From: an uncultured Candidatus Saccharibacteria bacterium
GTDB taxonomy: Bacteria > Patescibacteriota > Minisyncoccia > Minisyncoccales > CAZKCU01
Reading direction: 5' to 3'
DNA length: 64,000 bases
Assembly: GCA_964431915.1 (NCBI GenBank)
Contig: CAYSLI010000001.1
Span: 111,240-175,239, forward strand
In this document: one piece after another, positions 9,333-17,694 of the stretch
Layout: the number at the start of each line of letters is the position of its first letter
Position numbering within the stretch: the first letter of the stretch is position 1
Position numbers and translations under genes: made by a program
Notes under the pieces: generated by a model
The model's input: only the letters and a program-made list of their open reading frames with translations
The model's database searches: none
What the model was told of the DNA's origin: nothing

Positions 9333-11099
9333 TTAAGCTATAAAGTCTGGATCTTGGATAATCCTCGTTTTCTGGGCTAAACGATGAGCCTCTTCGGTTT
9401 TTCTTGCTGCCTCTTGGGTTTTTCCTGCTACCCGTAGGGTTTTTGCGGTTGCCTGTAGATTAAGGTATTCTTGCTGAAGAGCCACTCCATTCTTTTTAAT
9501 CCCATTTTGTAAGGCTTCTTTTAGCTCATCGCTCCCTCGGTCCCTTGTAGCAGTAGCTTGTTTTACACTCATTGCTTTAATTACATCTAAATCTATGTCA
9601 TCGGCATGAGCTTGGGTGGCAAACTTTCTCGGATCGTATCCTCTAACTACACGTCGGAGGCTATCTTGGATACTTTCTCCCTTCTTTCTTTTTATTGCTG
9701 CTTGAGTTCTGAAAGGCATTCCTTCTGTTTCTTTTTTTTGTTCTTCCTTGCGTCGCTTAGCATAACCTAGTAGCGGTCTGCCAACTGTTTCTCTCAGAAA
9801 TGGCTTTGAAGCTGCCCGACGGCCAAGCCATTCAGCCTTTTCTGGAATTTTTAATCCCTTCTCAATTCCTCTTCCTGCTTTTTTTCCTGTCCATTTTCCA
9901 GCTGTTTTCACTCCTTTCTGGGCGACAGCAATAACTGCTGTAGCTCCCATAGCTGAAGTGGAAAGGGCAACAAAGAAACCAACAATAAGGAAGCCAATGG
10001 CTATTCCGTAAGGCAACAAGGTATTAACTAGATTAATTGTACCAACAGCAGGGACGCTCATTTCTGCTCCCTCTATTAAATTAGGTAAATCAGGACCCAT
10101 TATTTTTCCCTCATAAGAAAGCCCTATAAGGTAGCTGCTTAAATAGAGAAAGAAAGCAGCAGCTGCTCCAACAATGCACCATTGGATAAATTGATTCCAC
10201 CATAGTGAAAAAACTCTTCTAGTTGCTGGCAGGATATAACAAAAGAAAGCAATGGGAGATAAGATTACTAGCATCCAGATGACTATATAACGTAAAACAA
10301 AAAGAAGACTATAGACCAGAAATATAAGACCACTTATACCTCCAAAAACAATCAGACTAAAAGCTTTAGCAAGGGAAGTGGCATCTATCTCAAACCCTAC
10401 CACTTGCCAGCTGTTAAGAAATATAGCCCATTGCTCGCTCCATATACTTTCCACAAAATTAAGATTAACCATACCTCCTAAGAAAAAATTCATTATAATA
10501 TTTGAAGCATCAACCACAAGACCTAAAATAACCGGAGTAAAATTAATTAATAAGGCTATTCCAATCAAAAGAGGTAAAGTTTTTTGCCATTGGTATTCTC
10601 TAATTCTTAAGGCAGTAGCTAAACCGATAATAACCAAGATAATAATAAAGCCTATATTAGCTAAATCTCTTGTTAAAGTCCAACCAATTTGAAGAAGGGG
10701 GTTTCCAGCTGGATTAGTATAAGAAAGGACAATAAAGTTCGGGTGAGTAACTATAGCTAAGATTCCAATAGCCATACTAAGAAAAGCATTCGTTACTACC
10801 AAGAATATTTGGAGCACTGTTGTAGCAAGGGCCAGAGCAAGATTTCCGAGCGTTGAAAAAAACAGTTGCTCACCAGAAAAGTGATAGAGTATAGCTGCCG
10901 GAGGGCTGAATATAGCAATTAGAGCTTCCTTCCAATCTATCGCTGCAGCTGTTGCATGAAGGGGTAAAGCCAGCCCTAAAGCCAGGAGGAACAAAAAAAT
11001 CCCAAAATACAATCTTTGTTTTGGGAAAGTAGAAGTCGGGATTGACGATTTTTTGTTTAATCTAAAAGTTTTGGGGAGATTTTTTATTTTTTGAGCCAT
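9333..11099 (-). CDS. Large polytopic membrane protein, possibly VirB6/TrbL-like
   Basis: 588-aa ORF with many hydrophobic helices and a basic cytoplasmic tail. The VirB6 assignment rests on context only. Confidence 0.35.
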   Translation of the reverse strand: MAQKIKNLPKTFRLNKKSSIPTSTFPKQRLYFGIFLFLLALGLALPLHATAAAIDWKEALIAIFSPPAAILYHFSGEQLFFSTLGNLALALATTVLQIFLVVTNAFLSMAIGILAIVTHPNFIVLSYTNPAGNPLLQIGWTLTRDLANIGFIIILVIIGLATALRIREYQWQKTLPLLIGIALLINFTPVILGLVVDASNIIMNFFLGGMVNLNFVESIWSEQWAIFLNSWQVVGFEIDATSLAKAFSLIVFGGISGLIFLVYSLLFVLRYIVIWMLVILSPIAFFCYILPATRRVFSLWWNQFIQWCIVGAAAAFFLYLSSYLIGLSYEGKIMGPDLPNLIEGAEMSVPAVGTINLVNTLLPYGIAIGFLIVGFFVALSTSAMGATAVIAVAQKGVKTAGKWTGKKAGRGIEKGLKIPEKAEWLGRRAASKPFLRETVGRPLLGYAKRRKEEQKKETEGMPFRTQAAIKRKKGESIQDSLRRVVRGYDPRKFATQAHADDIDLDVIKAMSVKQATATRDRGSDELKEALQNGIKKNGVALQQEYLNLQATAKTLRVAGKTQEAARKTEEAHRLAQKTRIIQDPDFIA

Positions 11100-11146
11100 T
11101 GGAATATTGTACTACAAAATCTACAATTTGAAATCCTTAGTAATGA

Positions 11147-12001
11147 TTAATTAATTTTATAACTTTTTGTTAGATTTATCCAATCTTTAATAAATAAGGT
11201 TTCAGCTCTCTGAGTAGGTTGAATATTATTTTTTAGAAGCCAGGATTTAACTCCTTCCTTGTTCAATTCTAACTTTTTTGATAGGTTGTTGGCAAGTTGT
11301 TTTCTTGGTTGAGAAAAGCCAGCCTTGACGATTCTGAAAAGCCGTTGATTAAACGCTGATTTTCTCCGCTGATGAGATGCTGAGATGATATTTTGAATTT
11401 TTATAATCGCCGAATCTACTTTTGGCAAGGGCCAGAAAGATTTCTTTGAAACATAAGAAATAATCTTGGGCTTGGCATAAAATTGGACGGAAACAGCCAA
11501 GATATTCATTTTAGGAGGTCTGGCGCAAATCCTTTGAGCCACCTCTTTTTGAACCACTAAAATCATTAATTCTGGCGGCAATTTGGTTTCCAGGAACTTT
11601 CTGATTGCCGGAGCAGTAAGATAAAAAGGCAAATTAGCTACTACTTTATAGCCTTTAGCCTTTAATTTATAGGTTAGAGGATTAAATTTTAAAATATCTT
11701 CTTTTAAAATCTCAACATTTTTAACATTCCAACATTTCAACAGTTCCTTCAGTATGTCATACATTTTTAAATCTTTTTCTACGGCAATTAGCTTTTTTGC
11801 TTCTTTTGAGAGGTCCTGAGTTAAAGTTCCAATTCCTGGACCGATTTCCAAAACAATGTCTTTGATTTTGAGCCGGGCCGCCTTTATAATTTTTTTAATA
11901 ACAGCTTTGTTAGTCAAGAAATTCTGGCCAAGTCTTTTTGACGGCTGAGCATGGCGTTCTTTGAGCAATTTTTTAATATCTCTTTTTGAAGTTAAGTCCA
12001 T
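11147..12001 (-). CDS. rsmA: 16S rRNA (adenine1518/1519-N6)-dimethyltransferase
   Basis: 284-aa ORF with 'LGQNFL' and the SAM motif 'VLEIGPGIGTLT'. Confidence 0.9.
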   Translation of the reverse strand: MDLTSKRDIKKLLKERHAQPSKRLGQNFLTNKAVIKKIIKAARLKIKDIVLEIGPGIGTLTQDLSKEAKKLIAVEKDLKMYDILKELLKCWNVKNVEILKEDILKFNPLTYKLKAKGYKVVANLPFYLTAPAIRKFLETKLPPELMILVVQKEVAQRICARPPKMNILAVSVQFYAKPKIISYVSKKSFWPLPKVDSAIIKIQNIISASHQRRKSAFNQRLFRIVKAGFSQPRKQLANNLSKKLELNKEGVKSWLLKNNIQPTQRAETLFIKDWINLTKSYKIN

Positions 12002-12033
12002 TTATTCATTTTAGCACTAATTTCAGGGTTGTG

Positions 12034-12112
12034 CCCAGTAGTAGATTTTTGACTCGCTACGCGAAAATTAGTTTTTCTTTCAGAAAAACTCAGTCAAAAA
12101 TTCACTACTGGG
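12034..12112. repeat. 79-nt MITE-like long hairpin
   Basis: Terminal inverted arms cccagtagtagatttttgact / agtcaaaaattcactactggg have 2 mismatches. The inner stem is tttttct/agaaaaa. Confidence 0.6.
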
Positions 12113-12121
12113 TGTGGATAA
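12113..12121 (-). promoter_or_regulatory. Perfect DnaA-box 9-mer (TGTGGATAA = complement of TTATCCACA)
   Basis: Exact match, abutting the hairpin element and 5 nt upstream of TTGACT (12127). Confidence 0.4.
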
Positions 12122-12306
12122 GGCCCTTGACTTTAGGTCTTGGAATAGTAAACTGGAGAAAAGTGGTCAAAAAGCATAGGTAACTTTTAAAAACTATTCC
12201 TACACTACCACTAAAAAAAGCCTTTAAATGGCTTTCGAGCTGTTTAAAGCAAAAAATATACCAGATTGCCAAAAATAAGGGATCTCTAAAAGACCCCTTC
12301 CTTTAT

Positions 12307-13302
12307 TTGGGGATAATTTCAGCTATTTTGCTTCCAATTCTTCTTTTTGTCCCTCACTACTTTTGGTCAGAAGTAAATTCAATTGTGGTAGCTAAAAATT
12401 TAAGTGCTTCTCTTGCTAACCGGAGTAGTCAATCAGAGGGTAATGAGGAGCCATTTGTCGGGCCAATTCAAAACTCCTTAAAAGAATCACCGGATTTCCT
12501 TTTAATTCAAAAAAGCAGTCTGATGGCTTTTTCCCCTTCAGTTTTAATTACTCCTCAGGTCTTGGGAAGCTTATCTGGAGATTCCGAAAGTGAGTTGGCA
12601 ACCACCAACCGGGAAGAAATCATTGAATATACAGTTCAAACTGGCGATACTCTTTTGAGTATCGCTACTCATTTTGACATTTCTCTTAATACCTTGCTCT
12701 GGGCAAATGATTTAACTCAAAAATCAACAATTAAACCTGGCCAAAAACTTCTCATTCTGCCGGTTTCGGGAGTGATGCATATAGTAAAAAAAGGAGATAC
12801 AGTTGGCGGTATAGCCGAAAAATACAAGACAAGTCCCCAAAAAATCATTGAATTCAACGACCTTTCCGGCGATGGAGATATCGTAGTAAAAGAGATTTTA
12901 ATAATTCCTGACGGCAAATTTCTTTCAGTTCCAATTGTTCAAGAGGAACAGCCATCTCTCTCTACTAGTAATTTTTACGATAAATCTCATACTTATTCTT
13001 GGGGGCAATGTACTTGGTGGGTGGCTCAGAGAAGAATAATTCCTGGCTGGGGCAATGCTATAAACTGGTTAGACGGGGCAATCAGGTCTGGTTTTAAAGT
13101 TTGCAAAGGAAGTAATTGTATCCCTCGGGTGGGGGCAGTAATTTCTCTTAGCGGTCATAGATATTACGGCCACGTGGGCTATGTGGAAGAAGTGAGAGGG
13201 GACAAGGTTGTTTTTTCAGAAATGAATTATATCGGCTTAGGGAGAATGAATTATAGGACGCTGAGAGTAGGTTCACCTTCCATTAAAGGATATATTTATT
13301 AG
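12307..13302 (+). CDS. Cell-wall hydrolase with two LysM domains and a C-terminal CHAP domain
   Basis: 331-aa ORF. LysM motifs are 'YTVQTGDTLLSIATHF...' and 'HIVKKGDTVGGIAEKY...'. CHAP motifs are 'WGQCTWWVAQRR' and 'GHVGYVEEV'. The start codon (TTG) is uncertain. Confidence 0.8.
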   Translation: MGIISAILLPILLFVPHYFWSEVNSIVVAKNLSASLANRSSQSEGNEEPFVGPIQNSLKESPDFLLIQKSSLMAFSPSVLITPQVLGSLSGDSESELATTNREEIIEYTVQTGDTLLSIATHFDISLNTLLWANDLTQKSTIKPGQKLLILPVSGVMHIVKKGDTVGGIAEKYKTSPQKIIEFNDLSGDGDIVVKEILIIPDGKFLSVPIVQEEQPSLSTSNFYDKSHTYSWGQCTWWVAQRRIIPGWGNAINWLDGAIRSGFKVCKGSNCIPRVGAVISLSGHRYYGHVGYVEEVRGDKVVFSEMNYIGLGRMNYRTLRVGSPSIKGYIY

Positions 13303-14846
13303 GCCTCTCTTATTCTATATATTAAAGCTTCACTTAAATGGTTATAAGAAATGCTTTCTGAGCTATCTAAATCAGCAATAGTTCTGGCGACTTTCAGAAC
13401 TCGGTGATAACCTCGGGCAGAAAGTTTGCCAGAATCAACATAGTTTCTCAAAAGATTTTGGGATTTTGAATTAATCTGACAATATTTTTTTATTTGGGGA
13501 AGCTCCATCTCGGAATTGGTTTTTCCTTTCTTGAATCTTTCTCGCTGGATTCGGCGAGCGACCTTAACCCCCTCTCTTATTCTTAAACTGCTATTTTCCT
13601 CATCTGGAGCTGCCAATTTTTCGTATTTTAACTGGGGAACATTAATAAAAAGGTCAATCCTGTCCATCAGAGGTCCAGAGAGTTTTCGACGGTACATTGA
13701 AATTTGAGAAGGCGTACAAGTACATTTCTTTTCCGGGTCACCGTAGTATCCGCAGGGACAGGGGTTGGTTGCAGCTACCAGGGTGAATCGGGCTGGCAGG
13801 GTCAGAGAATGCCTTGCTCTTAGAATTGTAATTTTTCCTTCTTCAATCGGCTGGCGGAGACTCTCAAGGACGTCGCGATGGAATTCCGGGAATTCATCTA
13901 AAAATAAAACTCCCCGATGGGACAAGGTTATCTCTCCTGCTCTGGGAGGATTACCGCCGCCAATTAAGGCAACTTCTGAGGAAGTATGATGGGGAGCTCT
14001 GAAGGGCCTAAGGTTCAAGAGCGGTTTTTCCTTCGGCAGAAGACCGGCCACACTATAAATTTTTGTAACTTCTAATGATTCTTCAAAAGAAAGAGGAGGC
14101 AAAAGAGAAGGAATGGCTTTGGCTAAAAGTGTTTTCCCGGCGCCCGGAGGCCCCTCCATCAAAAGATTATGAGCTCCGGCAGCAACAATTTCCAGGGCTC
14201 TTTTGCCGTATTCCTGTCCCTTAATAAAACCTAAGCCAACAGGGTAATTCTGTTTTCCAAAAAAATCCTCTATTTTCACTTTAGGAGGAGATAGCTGAAT
14301 TTTTCCTTCCAAATAGTCAATAGCTTCTTTTAGGTTTTTGACTCCAATTACTTTTAGACTTTCGCTATCTGAACTGCCGGCCTTTATAGAAACCAGAGCA
14401 GCTTCTGGAGCATTGGCTTTGGGTAAGATTATTTCAGAAAAATTTTCTTCATTTTTTACTGCCAGAGCAATAGAGAGTGCCCCTTTAATTGGTCTTAATT
14501 TCCCATCTAAAGCTAACTCACCCAGAAAAATTTTATCTTTTAGGTCTAATCTTATTTGTTTGGAAGCTGCCAAAAAGCCCAAGGCAATAGGAAGGTCATA
14601 TAAAGACCCTTCTTTTTTTAAATCAGCTGGAGCAAGATTTACCAAAACTCGAATTGGCTGATGATGAGGAGATTGAAAGCCAGAACTTTTTATTGCCGCC
14701 CCCACCCTTTCTTTTGATTCTTCTACAGCTTTATCTGGAAGGCCAACGATTTCAAAATGCCTCAATCCATATGAGGCCTCTGTTTCTACTTCAATAATTT
14801 GAGCGTCTAAGCCGACGATGGCAGCTGAGAAAACTTTAGACGGCAT
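13299..14846 (-). CDS. comM: YifB/ComM-family Mg-chelatase-like ATPase
   Basis: 515-aa ORF with 'MEGPPGAGKTLLAK' and 'GVLFLDEFPEF', plus a Lon-like N-terminal domain. Confidence 0.85.
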   Translation of the reverse strand: MPSKVFSAAIVGLDAQIIEVETEASYGLRHFEIVGLPDKAVEESKERVGAAIKSSGFQSPHHQPIRVLVNLAPADLKKEGSLYDLPIALGFLAASKQIRLDLKDKIFLGELALDGKLRPIKGALSIALAVKNEENFSEIILPKANAPEAALVSIKAGSSDSESLKVIGVKNLKEAIDYLEGKIQLSPPKVKIEDFFGKQNYPVGLGFIKGQEYGKRALEIVAAGAHNLLMEGPPGAGKTLLAKAIPSLLPPLSFEESLEVTKIYSVAGLLPKEKPLLNLRPFRAPHHTSSEVALIGGGNPPRAGEITLSHRGVLFLDEFPEFHRDVLESLRQPIEEGKITILRARHSLTLPARFTLVAATNPCPCGYYGDPEKKCTCTPSQISMYRRKLSGPLMDRIDLFINVPQLKYEKLAAPDEENSSLRIREGVKVARRIQRERFKKGKTNSEMELPQIKKYCQINSKSQNLLRNYVDSGKLSARGYHRVLKVARTIADLDSSESISYNHLSEALIYRIREA

Positions 14847-14901
14847 ATTCGGAAGTTCGAATTTCGATTATAATGTAGACTTTAAACGTTACAAATAGAT
14901 T

Positions 14902-15264
14902 TTACTTTTGGCATTTTAGACAGAATCTGGCCTCAGGACAAACCTTGAGGCGCTCTCTTAAGATTTCCTTTCCGCACTTTTCGCAATTTCCATATTTCCC
15001 CTTTTTTATTTTCTCCAAAGCCACATTAATGTCTCTGAGTCTATTTTCAAGACTGAATTCAATCGGGAGTAAAGATTCGTATTGCTCGACTTCATCTGCT
15101 TCCTCTTCTAAATTGCCGCCATTGAATTTTGGGAAACGAGTCTCCCAATCTCCGGTTAGTTTTTTATCTTTTTTGGCAAAACTTTGAAGTTGTTCCTCAA
15201 CTGAAGTCCTTTCTTTCTCTAATTTCTCCTTTATTTTTTTAATAAAAAGTTTTTTCCTAAACAT
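14902..15264 (-). CDS. DksA/TraR-family C4 zinc-finger protein
   Basis: The C-terminus 'CEKCGKEI...CPEARFCLKCQ' is the zinc finger. The internal ATG at 15264 avoids overlap with the upstream gene. Confidence 0.7.
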   Translation of the reverse strand: MFRKKLFIKKIKEKLEKERTSVEEQLQSFAKKDKKLTGDWETRFPKFNGGNLEEEADEVEQYESLLPIEFSLENRLRDINVALEKIKKGKYGNCEKCGKEILRERLKVCPEARFCLKCQK

Positions 15265-15271
15265 ACGAGGA

Positions 15272-17692
15272 TTACAACTTATCAATTGTTTTTTTCATAC
15301 TTTCCAAAGAGCTTGTGAAAATGAAGTGACTACCTGTTATTAAATAACAAGCTTCAAAATCTTCCTCACCAAAAGCCTGGCAACGAATAACTCCCTGATG
15401 GTAAGCGGTTTTAGTAAAGTAATCTTTAAGAGCTGGTTTATCCTTGCCCAGAAAAGCGAAAAAACTTGATAGGTCTTTCTCCATTGTGTCTTCCCAGAAT
15501 CTTAGTATTTCTGGCAGTCCTTCTTTTGTTTCTATTTTCGTCACCAGGCCCAATCTGTTGCCTTCTTTTTGGGAATAAATAAACAAAGTGAACTCATCGC
15601 TTAATTTTTGATAAAAATCTTCCGGAGTTTTAGCTTGAAAAATATCCAAAAATTCTTTCAGGCCGGGGACTTTTTTCTTAGTTAAATCTTTTATTATAAT
15701 TCTGGTAAACTGGTCTTCCCCTAAGTCTTCTTTAAAGATCTGAGAAAGATAGATGAGGGTTTCTTCTGATTTTGTAATCTCGAAAGTTCGAATTATTTCA
15801 ACCGAGATTAAAGCTTCGGGGATAGCTATTTCTGGGACAATAATAATTTCTTTTTCGGGAGGAGCAGAGGGTGGCAGCGGTGGTTTTCTGATAAAAAGAA
15901 ACCAATACCAGAAGGTAGAAATTCCAGCTAAGGTAGCCAAAATTACGAAAAAAATTATAAACCTGGCCCAGAATTTTTCTCTCAGAGAGGGTTTTTGAGG
16001 AAGAGGACGGAAAATCTCGGTTGGCCGGGAAGGAACAGCAGGTTCTTCGATTTCTTTTGAAGGTCTTGGAACCTCTTTCATTTTTTTCTTTTTACCTTGA
16101 ATTCTTTCTAAGAATCTTTTTCTTTCTGCTTCTTCTCTCTCTTGAATTTCTGATAATTTTTCTTTTATTTTCTCTTTTTCTAATTTTTCTTTCTCTGTTT
16201 CTTTGCTCTCTTTCTCTGCCAAAGATTTAGCTCTGGTTTTTTCCAATCTTTTCTTCTCCTCCAATTTTAATCTTTCTATTTCTTTTCTTTTCTTTTCCTC
16301 AGTTTCTTTTCTTTCTTTTTCTTCTTCTTTTAGTTTTTCCCTTTCTTCTTCCTCTTTCTTTAATCTTTCTGCCTCTTTCTCTCTTTTTTCTTCTTCTTGG
16401 CGGAGTTTTTGCAAAAACTCCTCTTTTTTCCTCTTTTCAATTTCTGTTTCTTTCTTTTTTCCCTCAATTTCATCTTTTTTTAATAAGCGGTTAACCTCTT
16501 GTATCTTTTTTTGGAGTTCTGACTCTTTATTTCTTATCTTCTGATACCTCAAATCAACCTCTCTTAATTGAGCTTTTATTTTGTTAATTTCTTCTTCCCA
16601 TTCCCATCTTTCTTTTTCTGTCTGTCGTCTTTTTTCTTCTACCTTCCATCTTTTTGTTTCTATTTCTCTTCTTTCTTTAGATGTTTTTGTTTCTTTTTCT
16701 TTTTCTTCAATAGCTTTTTCTTCTCTTTCAATCTCTGCCTCCTTTTCTAAGACCTGGTCTAAGCTCTTTCTTAATTGAGCTTCTCTTTCTGAAAGCTGAG
16801 CTCTTTCTACTTCTAAGGGCTCTTTCTTTTCGGAAAGTTTCTCAAGCTCTTTTTCTAATTCAGCATTTTCTTTCTCCAATCTTATCTCCTCCTGCCTATC
16901 TGAAATTTTTCTCTTATTGTTTTTAATTTCTTCTTCTTTTCTCAGGAGTTTATGATACCTCAAATCAACCTCTCTTAATTGACCTTTTATTTTGTTAATT
17001 TCTTCTTCCCATTCCCATCTTTCTTTTTCTATCTGTCGTCTTTTTTCTTCTACCTTCCATCTTTTTGTTTCTATTTCTCTTCTTTCTTTAGATGTTTTTG
17101 TTTCTTTTTCTTTTTCTTCAATAGCTTTTTCTTCTCTTTCAATCTCTGCCTCTTTTTCTAAGACCTGGTCTAAGCTCTTTTTTAATTGAGCTTCTCTTTC
17201 TGAAAGCTGAACTCTTTCTATTTCTAAGGGCTCTTTCTTTTCGGAAAGTTTCTCAAGCTCTTTTTCTAATTCAGCTTTTTCTTCTTTTAATTCTATCTCT
17301 TCTTCCCCTCTTTTTTTCTTTTCCCCTTTGGCTTTCCGTGCTTCTTCCTCTCTTTTCTTAGCTTCTTCTATTTCTTTTCTTCTTTTTTCGGTTATCTTTC
17401 TTATTTCTTCTAATTTTTTATCTTCTGTAGTTTTTTTTAGAGCTTCGGCTCTTCTTTTTGCTTCCTCAGCCTTTCTCGTTTCCTCTTCAGCCTTTCTTCT
17501 TTCTTCCTCGATTTTTATCTTTTTTTCTTCTTCTCTCTTCAGTCTTTCCCTCTCTAATTTTTCTCCTTTAGCTTCTTCTCTTACTCTTTTTTCTTCTATT
17601 TCTCTTCTTGTTGTTCCTTCTCTGGCCCTAAGAATATCTCTTTCCATCGTTCTAATTTCCTCTCTTTTTAGAAATTCTTTTTTGCCATTCAT
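15272..17692 (-). CDS. Membrane-anchored E/K/R-rich coiled-coil protein with an internal 137-aa duplication
   Basis: 806-aa ORF. It has a roughly 560-aa charged region, one TM segment ('FWARFIIFFVILATLAGISTFWYWFLFI'), and a C-terminal domain of about 200 aa. Confidence 0.6.
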   Translation of the reverse strand: MNGKKEFLKREEIRTMERDILRAREGTTRREIEEKRVREEAKGEKLERERLKREEEKKIKIEEERRKAEEETRKAEEAKRRAEALKKTTEDKKLEEIRKITEKRRKEIEEAKKREEEARKAKGEKKKRGEEEIELKEEKAELEKELEKLSEKKEPLEIERVQLSEREAQLKKSLDQVLEKEAEIEREEKAIEEKEKETKTSKERREIETKRWKVEEKRRQIEKERWEWEEEINKIKGQLREVDLRYHKLLRKEEEIKNNKRKISDRQEEIRLEKENAELEKELEKLSEKKEPLEVERAQLSEREAQLRKSLDQVLEKEAEIEREEKAIEEKEKETKTSKERREIETKRWKVEEKRRQTEKERWEWEEEINKIKAQLREVDLRYQKIRNKESELQKKIQEVNRLLKKDEIEGKKKETEIEKRKKEEFLQKLRQEEEKREKEAERLKKEEEEREKLKEEEKERKETEEKKRKEIERLKLEEKKRLEKTRAKSLAEKESKETEKEKLEKEKIKEKLSEIQEREEAERKRFLERIQGKKKKMKEVPRPSKEIEEPAVPSRPTEIFRPLPQKPSLREKFWARFIIFFVILATLAGISTFWYWFLFIRKPPLPPSAPPEKEIIIVPEIAIPEALISVEIIRTFEITKSEETLIYLSQIFKEDLGEDQFTRIIIKDLTKKKVPGLKEFLDIFQAKTPEDFYQKLSDEFTLFIYSQKEGNRLGLVTKIETKEGLPEILRFWEDTMEKDLSSFFAFLGKDKPALKDYFTKTAYHQGVIRCQAFGEEDFEACYLITGSHFIFTSSLESMKKTIDKL
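16543..17277. repeat. Tandem direct repeat, 411-bp period, about 1.8 copies
   Basis: 'gatacctcaaatcaacctctcttaattga' occurs at 16543 and 16954. The antisense ORFs at 16568 and 16979 are near-identical. Confidence 0.85.
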
Positions 17693-17694
17693 AG

